From: Octopus sinensis
Lineage: Eukaryota
Direction of reading: 5' to 3'
DNA length: 64,000 nucleotides
Assembly (NCBI RefSeq): GCF_006345805.1
Contig: NC_043002.1
Span: 73,718,001-73,782,000, forward strand
Position 1 is the stretch's first letter. Each line of letters starts with the position of its first letter. Positions 48,093 through 61,639 of this stretch are shown in pieces. Position numbers and translations under genes: made by a program. The notes beneath the pieces are model-generated. The model ran no database searches and was not told the DNA's origin. It worked only from the letters and a program-made list of their open reading frames with translations.

Positions 48093-48505
48093 GAATTCTG
48101 GATTGAAATGATGCAGTCCTATCCAAATGTTGCCAAATTGGCCCTCAAATTCATCGTTCCATTCACAACAATGTACAAATGTGAAACAGCTTTTGCAACT
48201 TTACACCCAATTAAAAAAAAGGCTCAAAATAAACTGGATATTGCACATGACATGAGGGTCACATTATCAAAAACGCAGCCTAATATTGAGGACATATTAA
48301 AGATCAAACAAGTTCACCCCTCTCATTGAAATTTTTTATTTTATCAGTAAAATTTTATCTCATGAAAAATTATTTTACACAAGGTCATTTTGCTTTGTTC
48401 GTCTTCTCTGATTTTTTCATTTTAGGGAGCGGGTAGGGTCCATGAAACCTTGAAAACAATTGGAGGGAATCCAGGGATGAAAATTTTGAAAAAGCTTGGG
48501 AACCA
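48093..48505 (+). mobile_element. hAT (Buster/Charlie, ZBED-like) transposase C-terminal dimerisation domain remnant plus right TIR remnant
   Basis: EFWIEMMQSYPNVAKLALKFIVPFTTMYKCETAFATL...NKLDIAHDMRVTLSKTQPNI...QVHPSH* (48093..48329) fits the FW...YP...PF.TTY.CE..FS...QxHxSH pattern. GCTTGGGAACCA at ~48494 resembles the TIR. Confidence 0.8.
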
Positions 48506-48745
48506 AGTGTTTGACAGGAGCTGGTCAGTTTGACAGGAGCACCAGGCTCCAAGTGTCTGTTTTGACATTGTTTCAAAAGTTTGATGCCCTTCCTAATGCC
48601 AGCCACTTTACAGAGTGTACTGGGTGCTTTTTACATGGCACCAGCACAGGTGCTTTATATATGGCACTGGAATGGGTGCATTTTACATGGTATGTCAGGG
48701 GTGCTTTTTACATGAGACTGGCATGAATGCTGGCACCAGCATGGG
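48506..48745 (-). mobile_element. RTE LINE 3' tail
   Basis: GCACCAGGCTCCAAG...GATGCCCTTCCTAATGCCAGCCACTTTACAGAGTGTACTGGGTGCTTTTTACATGGCACCAGCAC. Confidence 0.75.
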
Positions 48746-48827
48746 TGTAAGTTGTATAAAATTTGATGGACAATATTAATTTATAAGTTGTACAAAGCCA
48801 CAAAAATTGGAAGAGACAACAATTGAT

Positions 48828-48922
48828 TAAATCAATCCCACTATTTGACTGGTACTTTACTTTATCAACCCAAGAAAGACGAAAGGCAAAGTTAACCCTG
48901 ATAATATTTGAACTTAGAACAT
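48828..48922 (-). mobile_element. SINE family B fragment
   Basis: CTGGTACTTTACTTTATCAACCCAAGAAAGACGAAAGGCAAAGTT...TTTGAACTTAGAAC. Confidence 0.7.
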
Positions 48923-50180
48923 ATAGAATTGTAACCAAATAACTGCAAGGTTATGCTGTAACAACAACAATATTACAAAGAGGAGACCACAAACATAACT
49001 GAGAATTGATATAACTAATTGCGTATCTCAATTAAGCTTAGGTAAGTTTGATTTTCAGAAACGTTCAATTACCTTCTAATCAGTTAAAGAAGAGGAAAAT
49101 CATTAAAATTAAACTCTAGAAGATTTAAAACAACTAATTGTTTACATTTTGCCCCTTTCCAGTGAAAAGTAACACATTTTTATTTCATTTGCATTTTTGT
49201 TGTGCACTCATCATTGTAATGTTATGGAGAATTATTCTTTATTTATATTTTTGTATGTCTTTTAGTGTGTTAGAGTGAGATAATCATTTACAATCATCTC
49301 TAAGTTAAAAAGGCTTGATTTGCTAATGTTTAGGTCATGTTAAGTGTCTTTGATTATGGTTGATAAATTCCAGACACTGTAATTATAATTTGTCACAAAA
49401 CTTCTATGGTGAAACTCATTCTGAAGTATCTATTAAACAGATTATTTGAATATTGCTTAAAAGATTATTTCACTGCATTGACACTGTTATAATGACCAAG
49501 GACACTTTTGTTATAGTATAAGCCTACCACTTAATCTAACAAATAATTTCTTTTCATTAGTCATACTATCCCCCTAAAATAAAACCATTAGTATAATATA
49601 AAATGGCATACTGTTGCTATTATAGTAATTTTAACTCAAAAATTCCTTTGTAATGAAACAGCATGATTTTCTATAACTAAAGTTATAAGTTGCCTAATAA
49701 TTCTCTTAAAGCAACTTAAATTGATCTATTAATGAATTTATTTTGTATGTGCGTATGTGTGTCTGTGAGTCAGTGTGTATAGGTTTGGTCTAGAGGAAAG
49801 GCTTGTGGTCATGGCCTTCATAGCTGAGACTGATATAGTTGTTTCCCTCAAAACACCCCGCACTACCTTAAGAAAGAAAAGACACCTTGGACAATGTACT
49901 CCTAGAAAAATAACAGGATGATCATGGCTGGAATGACTGGACTAAATGACAACGAGGACCAGATGGATTTAAGTTTTCTTATTCTAAACATTGTAGATAT
50001 CAAACATTCCATATTTACCAACAACACCATTAACATCCCCACTCCACATGTATCAATTTGGGGAATGTCTTTTCTCATTCATGTATTGTGAGACAATTCA
50101 AGATGTTTTTACTAGTAGAGTGAAGGAATCATGCTGTGTCCCTCTTAAATGGCTTGACTATTTTAGCTCTGGATGATTAA

Positions 50181-50392
50181 CCCTTTCATTACTGTATTTA
50201 TTTTGAAATGCTCTGTGGTACTTTCAGTTACTTTAAATATAAGAAAGAATTTAGTAAAATAACTGTCATCATTCAGCTAGTGTTAGGAACATAAATTGTG
50301 ACTAAGGTTTGGTGGAAGATTTTAATTAAAAACTTATGAAAACAAGACATCTGTACTCAGAGCCGGCTTCAGCCGGGTTGGTAACAAAAGGG
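50181..50392. mobile_element. piggyBac-type MITE (212 bp) with intact TTAA TSDs
   Basis: TTAA-CCCTTTCATTAC ... GTAACAAAAGGG-TTAA. The interior is homologous to 10682..10892. Confidence 0.9.
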
Positions 50393-50567
50393 TTAAACCC
50401 AACTTCAAGTTTTACATTTGTTTCTCCTATGATTATAAAAATTAGTATATCAATTATTATAAAGTAATAATCAAATTAAATACTTAAACCTTCATAATAG
50501 TTTTGAAAGCTGAAACACTTTTATGAATTGTATAATTAACATAACATTGTGTTACATAGCTCTACAG

Positions 50568-51003
50568 TAGTGGTTCTTAATTTGGCCAGTAACATACTTT
50601 TAGGGGTGTTGTTAGCTCACATGAGGTAGCAGATGTCAAGGGGTGTTATGGCAAATACTGGATGTTTAGAGGGCTCACAATTTTTCTTTGAAATAAAACA
50701 AACAGGATGCAATACTTATGTTTCAAACACATTTAAAAAAAACTTTGTCAAGACTAAAATAGGAGTTGGACATTGTATTATACAATTCTCATCTTTTTTA
50801 GCAGTTTACATAAAAAAATGGCATATGTTGGATGGGTTACAATAAGAAATTATGGATAATAAACCACAACACCAAAATAACTTCTGTTTGATTAAAATAA
50901 TTTACAGTAATTTTGTTATTTTTTCAAAACAAATGTAGGAGGCATTTATTAGATGCCATACCATAAAACCAAGAACTGAGCTACAAAATGTTGAGAAACA
51001 CTA
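50568..51003. mobile_element. hAT-Charlie-type non-autonomous element
   Basis: Ends TAGTGGTTCTTAA / TTGAGAAACACTA. Flanks GCTCTACA and GCTTTACA match 7/8, with a 1-nt offset on the left. Confidence 0.5.
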
Positions 51004-53492
51004 GCTTTACAGCTTCTAATTAAATTATTTAGTATATTGTTGTTTATTCTTTTTTAATAAAACCTAGTCACCCATAATTTAGACTCACAAGGTGTGATAA
51101 TCAATAGGTGTCTGTTATTTCAACCATCACTGCTGAGTGCACTAATGGTATTTACAAAGGTAGGTAAATGACACTCAAAATAGCAACTTGTTTCATATTC
51201 TGCCTTCAACAGATGACCAACAAAACAAGAATGTACTACTAAAGCTGAATTACTTAACAACAAGAAAACCAAGGTCATGATAAATGGATTCATAGCAACC
51301 ATCACATCAGCATAAATCAGCAGTTTAACATTGGGATCTTTTCTCACTTTGGAAGCAATCTTTAGAGAAGGTGGTATGTAATAGAATAAGCAAGGATAAG
51401 TAAAGTTGTGAAAGAATATTTGCCCTAAATAGTCTAACACTAGCAAAGGAACCACAAAACTATATTTTAGTTTGTGTTATCCTGTGAGATGTGGACAGTG
51501 CTTTCCACTGGCAGTGCGTTCTTAAAATTCTTCATGCTGGTATGCTAGAAAGGTACCTATTTGATGAGAAAAATACAGAGGAAATCTTTGTCTTTAGGGA
51601 GAGAAGCTTGCAGGAATAACACTAGAATGATTCTTAGGAAATAATAATAGAAAGGGGAGACAGCTAAAAGGCCAAAGAAGATTTGAGGCAGATGAAGTCT
51701 GAAAGTAAGTTGTTTGATTGGCTGAATGTAATCATAGCCATTGAAGAAATTCTGTTGTCTGATACTCTGGTGAGAGCAGGAATAAACAAAACTTAACTTT
51801 CAAAAAATAACATGTCAGTCATGCTATCAGTTGTTATTCTCATAGAATATGCATATTTGTAATTCTGTATGTGTAAACAACATATAGACCCATAGCTCTG
51901 AATATATTTTATTTGATAAATATTTATCTAAATGCTATTTGTGTAATTTTTCCAAAACAAATTTCAGCAACCAATTACTAATCTGAATTTCACATTAAAT
52001 TATCAAAAGAGAAATATTTTGTTGTATTAAAATTAGTACCTGCAATCTTAATATGTCTTTAAAAAACCAATTTCACTGCCATTTTTAGAAGAGTCATTAA
52101 ATTAATGTATTCTGCTATTTGCTATTTGATTTGAAAGTAATAACTAGTCTTTAGATGCTATGTTCCACAACTAGTATTTATTACAATATTTATCAAAGTT
52201 TTTGCAGTCATTATTGCAGCATTAAAAGCAAAAGTAGCCCAACATTAACATAAAATAAAGTAATGCCAGGTAACAGACATAGCAAAAAGGAAATGTATAC
52301 AAATAATGAAAGCTAATTTTGTGTATTTTTTGACAAATATATTTTGTATATATCTGATGAATATGCACACTTCCTGCATATATTCAACTGACCATCTCAA
52401 AACTCATGTAAGAGCATTGACTCTTACATTATTACATATATAATTGTATGTAATCATGTAGAACAAGCCACATTAGATCAGATTTTTTTAGAATTTGATA
52501 TAAAAACATTCAAATAAACATTATCTCAATTATTTTTAATTTCTTTCTTTTTTAAAACATTTTGTCTGCATCTATTGTATTAGCACTTGAAATATAAGTT
52601 AGTTCTGTTAGCTTTCAGATATCTGCATATGTTTGAATATCTTTTTTTATTAGTGTGTGAACATAGTGTATAAGTGAATGCACACACAACTGCTTGTTAG
52701 ATTCAAATATTTGTACTGAATGTAAGAATAGACATTTTAGAGTGGAATACTCTCCCTAACTCTGACTATGGAACAGAACAAGCAACTATCTTTCAGCAAG
52801 ACAGACTGAGAAAAGGAGAATAAGGTTAAAAATAAAAAATAAAAACGATTAATACGTGCCTCTGAGTAGAATGCAACATTTGTGGTGAACTTTAAGCTTA
52901 AGCTGGAAAAATTTGTGCATATTTGCCAAATAACATTTTCCCTTGAAGTGAAAAACAATATTTGATCAAGAACAGATCTGTCTAAATCTTACTTGTCTTG
53001 CGCCACAAGCTGACAACTGTCAGGTCAAATATCTTTTACTCAGCTCATGTTATCAATTTTATCCTAATCAGAGTAACCACTTCTCTTCTGCACAGCAAGC
53101 GAAGCTTTTAATACAAAATTGTTTATTCTCGCTAGTTTGCAGATGCACAAATATGAATGATGTATATCTGTACAATCAAATATATTGCATTCTGGCAGCA
53201 GGTCCTTTGGAACTCTTCCTAGAGCAAACCATCTTTTCATGAAATGTTACTTGTTTTCTATCTCTCAAGTGTGAAGGAAATGATATAAGGTTTAAAGTTT
53301 CTGGAAAGTAATTCTGAAGTCAAGAATTTTAAGTCTTCAGTTCTTGTTAATGCTAAAAAGATACATCAAATTCAATTTAAATTGAATTTAAGATAGTAAA
53401 AATAAATTTCAAATCTATTAATCTAAGGAGACAAGCTACAGTCTGTGTGTCAATTCCTAAGAAAGGTAAATTAACTGATCTTACTAACTTCC

Positions 53493-53550
53493 TATATATT
53501 GTCCTCACTATTAACATCTCAAAAGATGTTAATAGTGAGGGTGATATATA
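53493..53550. repeat. 58-nt hairpin (17-bp perfect stem, 4-nt loop, extendable)
   Basis: CCTCACTATTAACATCT (53503..53519) - CAAA - AGATGTTAATAGTGAGG (53524..53540), flanked by TATATAT/ATATATA. Confidence 0.9.
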
Positions 53551-54439
53551 GATATCAACTTGCAGATGACCAAGCTAGGCATCAGTTGCCAAACTATCAC
53601 CAATGTTGAAGGGACAGCAAATGTCATAAGTAATGAAAATAAAAAAAATAAATAAAAAAAACTATTCTTATATCTTTACCACTGTCTAAACAGAGGTGGA
53701 AGCAAATTCAGTTAAAACAAAAATTGGAAAAATTTTATATGAATCATTTAAAATTAAGAGAGACCATTATAAGAATAGCAAAGGTGATGAGATTAAGAGG
53801 AAAGAAAAAGAGCAGTTGGCTTTTCACCTCAAATAACAAAAAAAAAAAAAAAAATCTAACTAACAAGGAAACCTCTTAGCTGCCACTCTACTAGATGTAG
53901 CAGTCAAATCTGCAAATCACAGCCTAACATAAACAAAAAAGGATATATTGAACAATGTATGCAGTTCTTGATATACAAAAAGGATGGCTGCTATTGGAAT
54001 ACCTTTGATCATAGCCCGGTTCAGTCAGAGTTGACTTAGGGCAAAAACAATAACAACAGTAACAAAGGAATCAAGACAAACAATTTTCATGTAGTAGAGT
54101 TAATAAAAGCAAAATAAGAAATGGAATGATTGAGTGAAAAGATATTCACAATGACTATAGCAAACCATCAGTCATTTAAGTGATCACCATGGAACTTGAA
54201 TATTTCATCAATCATTGTTTCCATTTGCAGCAAGATTACGGAACAATGGTTTACACAGGACTTATATTTTCTAAACCTGACTTTCTGAATCTTCTTCAGG
54301 GACAGTTATTTTGGACAGAGAGTTGTGTTGTGATTTGTATTCAAAAAACTTCAGAGTAGAGAGCTTTAATGATTGTTTTATAAGATCTTTGCACATGGAC
54401 TCCATGTAAGCAATTTGCAGAAGCATCTAAGAAAATTTA

Positions 54440-54660
54440 AGTACAAAGACAACCCTGTGAGAGAGCCTCTATGCAGTTACTTAACTTGTGAGAAATAACA
54501 ACCAAACTGTTCTCAACTCAAAATGTTAAGGGTTTAAAAAGGAAGGACACACTGAACAATGTAATCCTTGGTATAAAAAATAAAAGATGCAATGGTCATG
54601 ACTGAAGAGACCTTTGATCAAAGGCCTGTCCAATCAGGGCTGATCTGGGGTTAAATAGCA
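54440..54660 (+). mobile_element. SINE-like family C
   Basis: AAAAGGAAGGACACACTGAACAATGTAATCC...GATGCAATGGTCATGACTG...CCTTTGATCAAAGGCCTG...GATCTGGGGTTAAA. Confidence 0.6.
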
Positions 54661-55204
54661 ATTACTTAAATACCAAATTCTGCCTTTATTTGCAATTGAT
54701 GTCCAGTTTAGCTTTGTATCCACACTAGAGATAATGTGATCATGCTAATCAATGTAAAAAGCTGAACTGACAGAATTGTGGTCTGTTTTATTACTGTTAT
54801 AATTTTGAATAATGTAGTCATGACCATATAGTTAATAACTATACAATTACACAGTTCAACTCCAATGTGCAGCACCTTGGGTAAGTACTTTTTACTAGAT
54901 TATTGTGTTAACTCCCAGCTTTATAAGTGTAACTGAGTAGATGGAAACTGTATAGAAGCCTGCTAGATAAACTGTATCGGTTCTTGGGAAGTAAACTTAA
55001 CCTACCACCTACTTTAACTTGGTCTTTGAGTATCGTTAGTGAGGTTTATTGTGTTCCAAGTATTTGGACAAGATCTCTTATCTGAGTTTAACTCAACACT
55101 TTGATGTGCTACACCAACTTATGAATCAGGGTTTCTTCCACTTTTTCCTCCAACTAATTCAGAGGCCACAGAGGATTATGGGCACTCCACTTTCTCCTCT
55201 GACA

Positions 55205-55390
55205 AAAGAAAAAGTTGTTTTCAACCCAAGTTAGTCTGAGCTAACCAAAGATCAAAAGTGTTCTGGGTAAGAGTATCTTGTCTTTTTTTCAGGCATAGTG
55301 TATCTAGGACTATATTATCCAATATATCTTATCTCTTTCTAGGCTGCGATTTGAGGCAGATTTAGCTGCTAATTCTACTAAGTTGTGGAG
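55205..55390 (-). mobile_element. SINE-like family C (diverged)
   Basis: GTTGTTTTCAACCCAAG...AAAGATCAAAAG...GGACTATATTATCCAAT...GAGGCAGATTTAGCTGCT. Confidence 0.5.
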
Positions 55391-56209
55391 CCACATACAA
55401 ACTTCCTCATTAGCTGACAAATATAACAGTTTTACAAACTGGTTATAAATAAAATCAAATTACTATGCCATTATGTTGAATTCGATTTTTTTGTTGTTGT
55501 TGTAAAACCAAAAATATATTCTTGATACTTGATGTGAGAGCTTAAAAACAGAAAGAATCAACAACAGAGGAAACATATTTCTCACTGGTAATGAACAAAG
55601 TGGTTTTAAAAAGATACATTTAGGAGCTGGATACAATGACATCCAAGAGCCAACAGATGAGTTATTTCTAAGATAATTGATGGGTACTGAAAGAAAATGA
55701 GAACTAATCACCAAAAACCCAAAGTAGAAACAAACTGAGTTATTTTTGTTCACAAAGATGTTGTACAAGTGCTTTAGTGTAAGGTTATAAAATGGAATAA
55801 AATTACATAATTCTAATAAGCACAATCAACTAAAAGAGATATTTATCTAGACTAATGGCATACACTACAATGTTAGTAGACATTATCTGTGAGACAAAAA
55901 TAATTCAATACGAAACGATCACATTTTTGAGAGTTGAACCAAATTTGAAAAACCATATTTGATGGCATATAAGATGGTCTGTTTTAAAAAAAGATGTCTC
56001 TCAAAAATTCATCTTGGATCCTATACACAAAGTTGGGCCTCCCATAAGCTTTAAGGCACTAAAAACTATTTTTTCCTGAATATGCACTGCTGAAATTGGG
56101 GTGCATCTAATATGCCTGTGCATCTTTCATGCTAACAAATACAGTAAGTACATGTTTTAATTATACTAATTAAGAAAACTAAATGAAAAAAAAAAAAAAT
56201 TTCCCTTAC

Positions 56210-56392
56210 CTCTCTGTGGAAATCCTTATTGGTGAAAAGGTTTAATTCTTCCCCCATGATTTCTTGCTGGTTCAGCACATCCTGGTAGTCCATCTCCTTG
56301 ATGATACCGGGGTCATCAATACCGTTAGCTTTCAGAAACTCCATGTAGGCAACCTGGAATGCCTGCCCAATAGACTGGGCAATTAGTTGAGC
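56210..56392 (-). CDS. APBA: APBA exon, PTB domain C-terminal helix and linker (AQLIAQSIGQAFQVAYMEFLKANGIDDPGIIKEMDYQDVLNQQEIMGEELNLFTNKDFHRE)
   Basis: 183 nt, TTTCAG acceptor and GTAAGG donor, phase 0. Matches Mint AQLIAQSIGQAF.VAY.EFL.ANGI. It joins in frame to 41692 across a 14,517-bp intron. Confidence 0.95.
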
Positions 56393-58680
56393 CTGAAATA
56401 ATAAATTTATAAATACTCCTTACAAATAGCATAACCTTACAAATAAAGTTATTTTCCTTAATTAAACCATCCCCATCATCATCATTTCACTTCCATTTCC
56501 CATGCTGGCATGGTGCTAAAATATAAAGTAAAAAGAATAACATTCTTATAACAATTTCCTGAGACACTAATCCCAACACATATCTGTAATGAAAGTCTAA
56601 AATCTCAACCCCATGAGGGATTCAAAATCAGTGAATACAAAAATTGAGATAAATACTGAAAGGTATTTAGTCCAGTGTGCCACTTCACTGCTTCATTACT
56701 TGTGATAGATTTTCTACACAGCAGAACTAGTTTTTCATAGAACACACACACATACAAACTTGTCTGAGCCCAACATATCATTGTGTAATAATATAACAGA
56801 CAAAAAAAATAAGGAATAAAACTATGTTTAAAAATAAGACAAATCATGACAAGTGGGCTTCTACAGAAGTTGCTCAACCTAGCACTACTGCATCTAAATC
56901 TACCCACTGAAACAAATCATTACTATCTGAAATGGCTTGAATATTAACACCTAGTTTTACTTAGTGTAACATCTAACAAAGCAAATTGAAAGATATAGTT
57001 TTATCAATGAGAACCATTCAAGATCTAATCAATCTAATAGAAATATAATAATATATATAGATACACATACATACACCTATTGCTTGCATGCAAACATATA
57101 CACATGTGCAAACTTACAGTGAAGTAAGAAAGCATTTTCACACTGCTGGCCTTATTTTCTTTATTTCATTTAGAGAACTTAAATAATTTTTAAAAGCAGT
57201 ACACACACACACACACACACACAGACTTTGATTTTAATACTAAAGGAACTAAGATCTTACATACAAAGTTTTTGCTTTCTTCACTGAATTGATATTTTCC
57301 AAAAACATTTTTTTGTTACACTTGAAAAGAAAATGCCTAATACCAGTGGTCCTTAACAAAATATTACTAAGCATTATAAGTACCAATTTGAGACAGTTAA
57401 GTGTATCAGGTCCAGAGTGAAAGCATTACCACATATACTACAGTGTATGCCATACCTTGATTTTTGGTACCATAAAACTATTTCCCACTATTTTAACATT
57501 TTTATTATTTATTTTAATTTTATTATTTTTTTCTCCGATAATTCATCACTTAATGCCAGTGGAGTAGAAAGGAGTTGCTAATAATGTTCAACAGAACAAA
57601 ATATCCCACCTCAGTTTGATGAAAAATAACCTAATTTAAATATATTAGGAAATAAATTAACTTGAGATTTTTGGCAGAAAATAATGTTAGACAATTTTGT
57701 TTCTAATATTCCTAATATTCTAAACTTGTAATTTAAATACGCTTATATGAATAAATAACTACATTGTGAGAATACTATTTCAAAACTTTATTAGAATTTC
57801 CATGGGTATTGTTGTTGTTAAAATAAGTGTTACATTTATATTTATGATAAATATCTTTAAAAAGCTGTGTCAAACTATGTAAATGTTCTCACTGCCAAAA
57901 AATAAATCCCAGAGGCATTTATTAAATTACGTTGGTGAAGATCTTTTATTTATTTGTCAGGAGGGCAGACAGAACTCATGACTAGTTGTAGGGTCTCTGA
58001 GACTGTCAGGAAGACGGTATCCGCAACCCAGAGACCAGGCGAGAATGCATGAAACTGTACTCAATAAAGGGAGTTATGAAAAACTATTGAAGGAAAGGAA
58101 AATGGTTGCTGTTGACAAAGAATAATGTTCAACAGAAATACCGCATTGGCCAACTTTGCCTTTTGCCTTACTGGGGTTGATAAAGAAGTCTTGTAATTCA
58201 AGACAGTGGATTAGTAAAGTGGATGCCTTGTGGTATTTGTGAATTTCTAGAAGTAATTAGCTGTGGAAACATCCATAGAAAGAACAGGACACACCTTTCG
58301 ATTCTGTGTTTTTTTCTTCACAATTTTGCAACCAAGTATGTGGCTAGTCAACAAAAACAGTGAGAGATGGCTAACACTCAGTCATTAATTAAAGTTTCTT
58401 ATCAAATGATTTCCTATATTCCGTAAATGGATGTTTGTGTGCCATTGTTACTTAGTTTGATGTATTGAGTACTCTCCATTTTATTTCATAAATTTCCAAC
58501 TGACTCTCTCTCACACACACAGCAATAATTCTTTATTTTTATTACAGTAACTGGTTTTCCTTAAATGTTGAGAGAAAGAGAGGGGGTAGATATATAACTA
58601 ATGGAAATATATAATTAATAGAATACAGTCAGCACTAAAACCAATATTATAAACATTCTTTTGTCTTCAAAACAACAAGG

Positions 58681-58712
<32 letters not shown>

Positions 58713-59759
58713 TATATATATATACACACACATACATACATACATACATACACACGACAACAGTGACTGACAGAATCAGCAGAACATTGAACAAAATATC
58801 TTGCAATATTTAGTTATGTCCCATTTATGTTTTTAGTTTTAAATCCTGCAGGAATTAACGCTGTCATTCATGTTTGCAGGGTGGGTAATATAAATACCAA
58901 TCAAATATTGTGGTTGATTAAATCGACAGTGTCCTCTCTAAAATTGTGTGACCTTATGTCAATGTAAGAAATCAATATATAATGGACATTTATCAACAAC
59001 AAAGGCTAAGACATTTTTTTTTTATTTCTTATTATTTCATTTTATTTTGTTACCAGTAACTGTTACCCATAACAAATGTAACACAGAATATTTTGAACCA
59101 TATATTTTAGAACACACACACACACATGTCACTGTAAAGCAAATATTTCTAAGGAAACAAAAACAGTTATTATGTTTTGGAAGCTAGATATTTATAAACC
59201 AAGGAATTGTGGTTCTCTAGGCAGTCTTCAAAATTTCTTCGCCTCTCCTTCAAAACATACATATTTTCTCTTTCAGGAATACTGCTTAAGACTTGAGCTA
59301 CTATTGCTTATATGTGTTGGACTGTATTCAAAATAGAGTCAATTGTTTGGCAAGTCTTTAATCACAGAGAACCACTAATCTCACTAACTGTTGAACTAGA
59401 TATTTTTGTTGTTGTTGTTTTAATTCCATTACCACAAACAGAATGTGCCACAGCATTCTTATTTGAGAAGTTGAGAGTTTTTATCCAATCAGAGCACTAT
59501 ATCATTCTTTCTTGTCTTATACTAACATATCAGCAGAACAGATAAACAGAGAGAAAGTAAGTTAGTAATGGAGACAACAATAGCTGGAAACATATGATTA
59601 ATAATGTAGTAATGTATAATAACTAAGATTAACTCGACTTACATTAAAATAAATATATGATTTTGACATGGAATTCATACTGAGCCAATTAGTTTCCACG
59701 GTATAAGAGACAAGAAAAACAAAACACCAAAGATATCTGTTTAGCTCAAGCAGCAAAGG

Positions 59760-59950
59760 ATCCTCTACATGGTTGCTCAACCTGTTAGAAATTGTAGCAA
59801 AAGCACACTCAAATCATACCCCAGCATCTTAGGAAAGGACACATAGGATAATGTACACATACGGTCCTAGCACATACAAAAAAGATGGGATGGTTATAGT
59901 TAGAATGCTTCTTATTGTGGATCAATTCAGATAGAGCTGGCCTATGGTTA
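59760..59950 (+). mobile_element. SINE-like family C
   Basis: CCTCTACATGGTTGCTCAACCTGTTAGAAAT...GGAAAGGACACATAGGATAATGT...GATGGGATGGTTATAGTTAGAATG. Confidence 0.6.
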
Positions 59951-60573
59951 AGAAACAACAGCCATTATGACAACTTTTTCATCTCTTTTGATAATGATAC
60001 AAAAAAAAAACCTTGTCTCCTTTAGAGGCCTGTGAAGTTCCAACTTCTCCATTAATAGAAAACGTTCCAGACATGATAAATAATAAGCTTCTGTGATCTT
60101 CGTGAATTGAAAGAGAGAGAGAAATGTAGGGAGGATTAACAGACAGACTCTAAAACCAGAAACTATTTCTTCCAATATAAACATTTTATTTCTCTCTATA
60201 ATAAAGATTCTTATTCCAATATGCTACACGATAACCTAAATAATAATCAAAGAATGTTCAAGTAAATCACAACTGCATATATTCAGACTTTAAATATTGT
60301 AATAGCAGCAAACTTTAATTACATTCTGAGGTCTAAATTCTAGAGAATTCCAGATGAGCAAGAACTAGAACTGGACAGTGTCTATGATAATAGTCAGCCT
60401 GTGCCACCCAACATCAAATTGATACAACGAAGTAGGTACATTATAAGCTCAGTGAGCCACACAAACATAGTATAAATTACAAATGCCTCTTTAGCTTGTA
60501 GTGCTGAGTTTCTTACAAGCCTGATGTCAGGCTCTTTACAATAGCTGTTGTATAACAGTTTATGCCGCATTAA

Positions 60574-61639
60574 CCCTTTCGTTACTATATTTCTGACCAA
60601 AATACACCCCTTATGTGTTTCAATTAATTTCTTACATAATCATAAATTTAGTCTGGTTTCATTAAACAACTATAACTTTTTTATTTATCAATATATTAAC
60701 GTGAATTTTGGAAGATAATTTAATGAAATGTTCTCAACCAATTCTATACTATAATTTTTGTCACAAAGTGACTCTAATTGCAGGTAGATACAGGTAAATT
60801 CAACAAAATATAAAATTATTAAAATTTTGTTCAAACATCGCTATAGAAAATGGGTTATTAGCTAATATTCAATTGTGTATACAACAAAATTTTACGATAG
60901 AATTTGTTATTCTGGGTAACTTTCTGATACCCATAACAATATTTATGGCAAAATAGTCTTAATTTCATTTAAGGTTATGGGAAACCACTAACTATCCTTT
61001 CTTTCGTTTTGTTTACATTTAGCGTAACGGTTCGTTTCCGCCGTAATGATTTCAAATAGGCTCATTCGAAAAATAAAAAGAGATAGTCTAAGGCTTTACT
61101 CTCCTGGGAAAGTCTGTGGCTTGGTCCAGTTTCTTCAGAAAAATCACCGAAAGAAACAGTTTTTAAATTTTCACTCCATTCAGGTGCCAATTCATTTTCT
61201 TTATCACTGTCGGAGCTCTCGGATTCACTGTTTTCACTTTCGGAAAATGAAACATCAGATTCATTATCAAATACCACGTGCTTTTTTTTTTCAGTCATAG
61301 AGTTAGATTTATGAAGGTCTTCAGTAGAAAATCCTTCGAATTCTGACTCGCTGCTTGATATAATGAAATTTGTATCCATTTTTTGTCAGAATTACAAATT
61401 TTGAAAACACAATAGGAACAAATTTCGGAAAAAAAATCTCCCAAAATTCACGAAATTAAAATTACACTTCAATTTTTGTACAAAACTGTAGTTGAACTCT
61501 TTACGAAGTATAATACCTGTTTTCACGAATGAACTAAAGAGATTTCCTCTGATATTCTCATTTAAATATGAATAGGTAAATTCAGGCGGTTTGGTCACAT
61601 TAACCAAAATTTTTTTCGGGCGGTTTGGTAACGAAAAGG
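60574..61639 (-). mobile_element. Internally deleted piggyBac (1066 bp) with both TIRs, TTAA TSDs and an N-terminal transposase remnant
   Basis: TTAA(60570..73)-CCCTTTCGTTAC ... GTAACGAAAAGG-TTAA(61640..43). ORF 61379..61062 has an acidic N-terminus, then W...F.DFSEETGP...KALDYLFLFF. It continues after frameshifts as LFEIITAETNRYA...WFPITLNEIK...AINIVMGIRKLPRI (PGBD-like). The subterminal repeat GGCGGTTTGGT occurs twice. Confidence 0.92.

Noticed and set aside
54440-55390. Inverted SINE-C pair near the PTB exon as an editing or back-splicing duplex
   Set aside because: The two copies look too diverged from each other to form a convincing long duplex.
57955-58050. H/ACA snoRNA interpretation
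   Set aside because: No proper ANANNA hinge and a weak second hairpin; kept only as a low-interest island.
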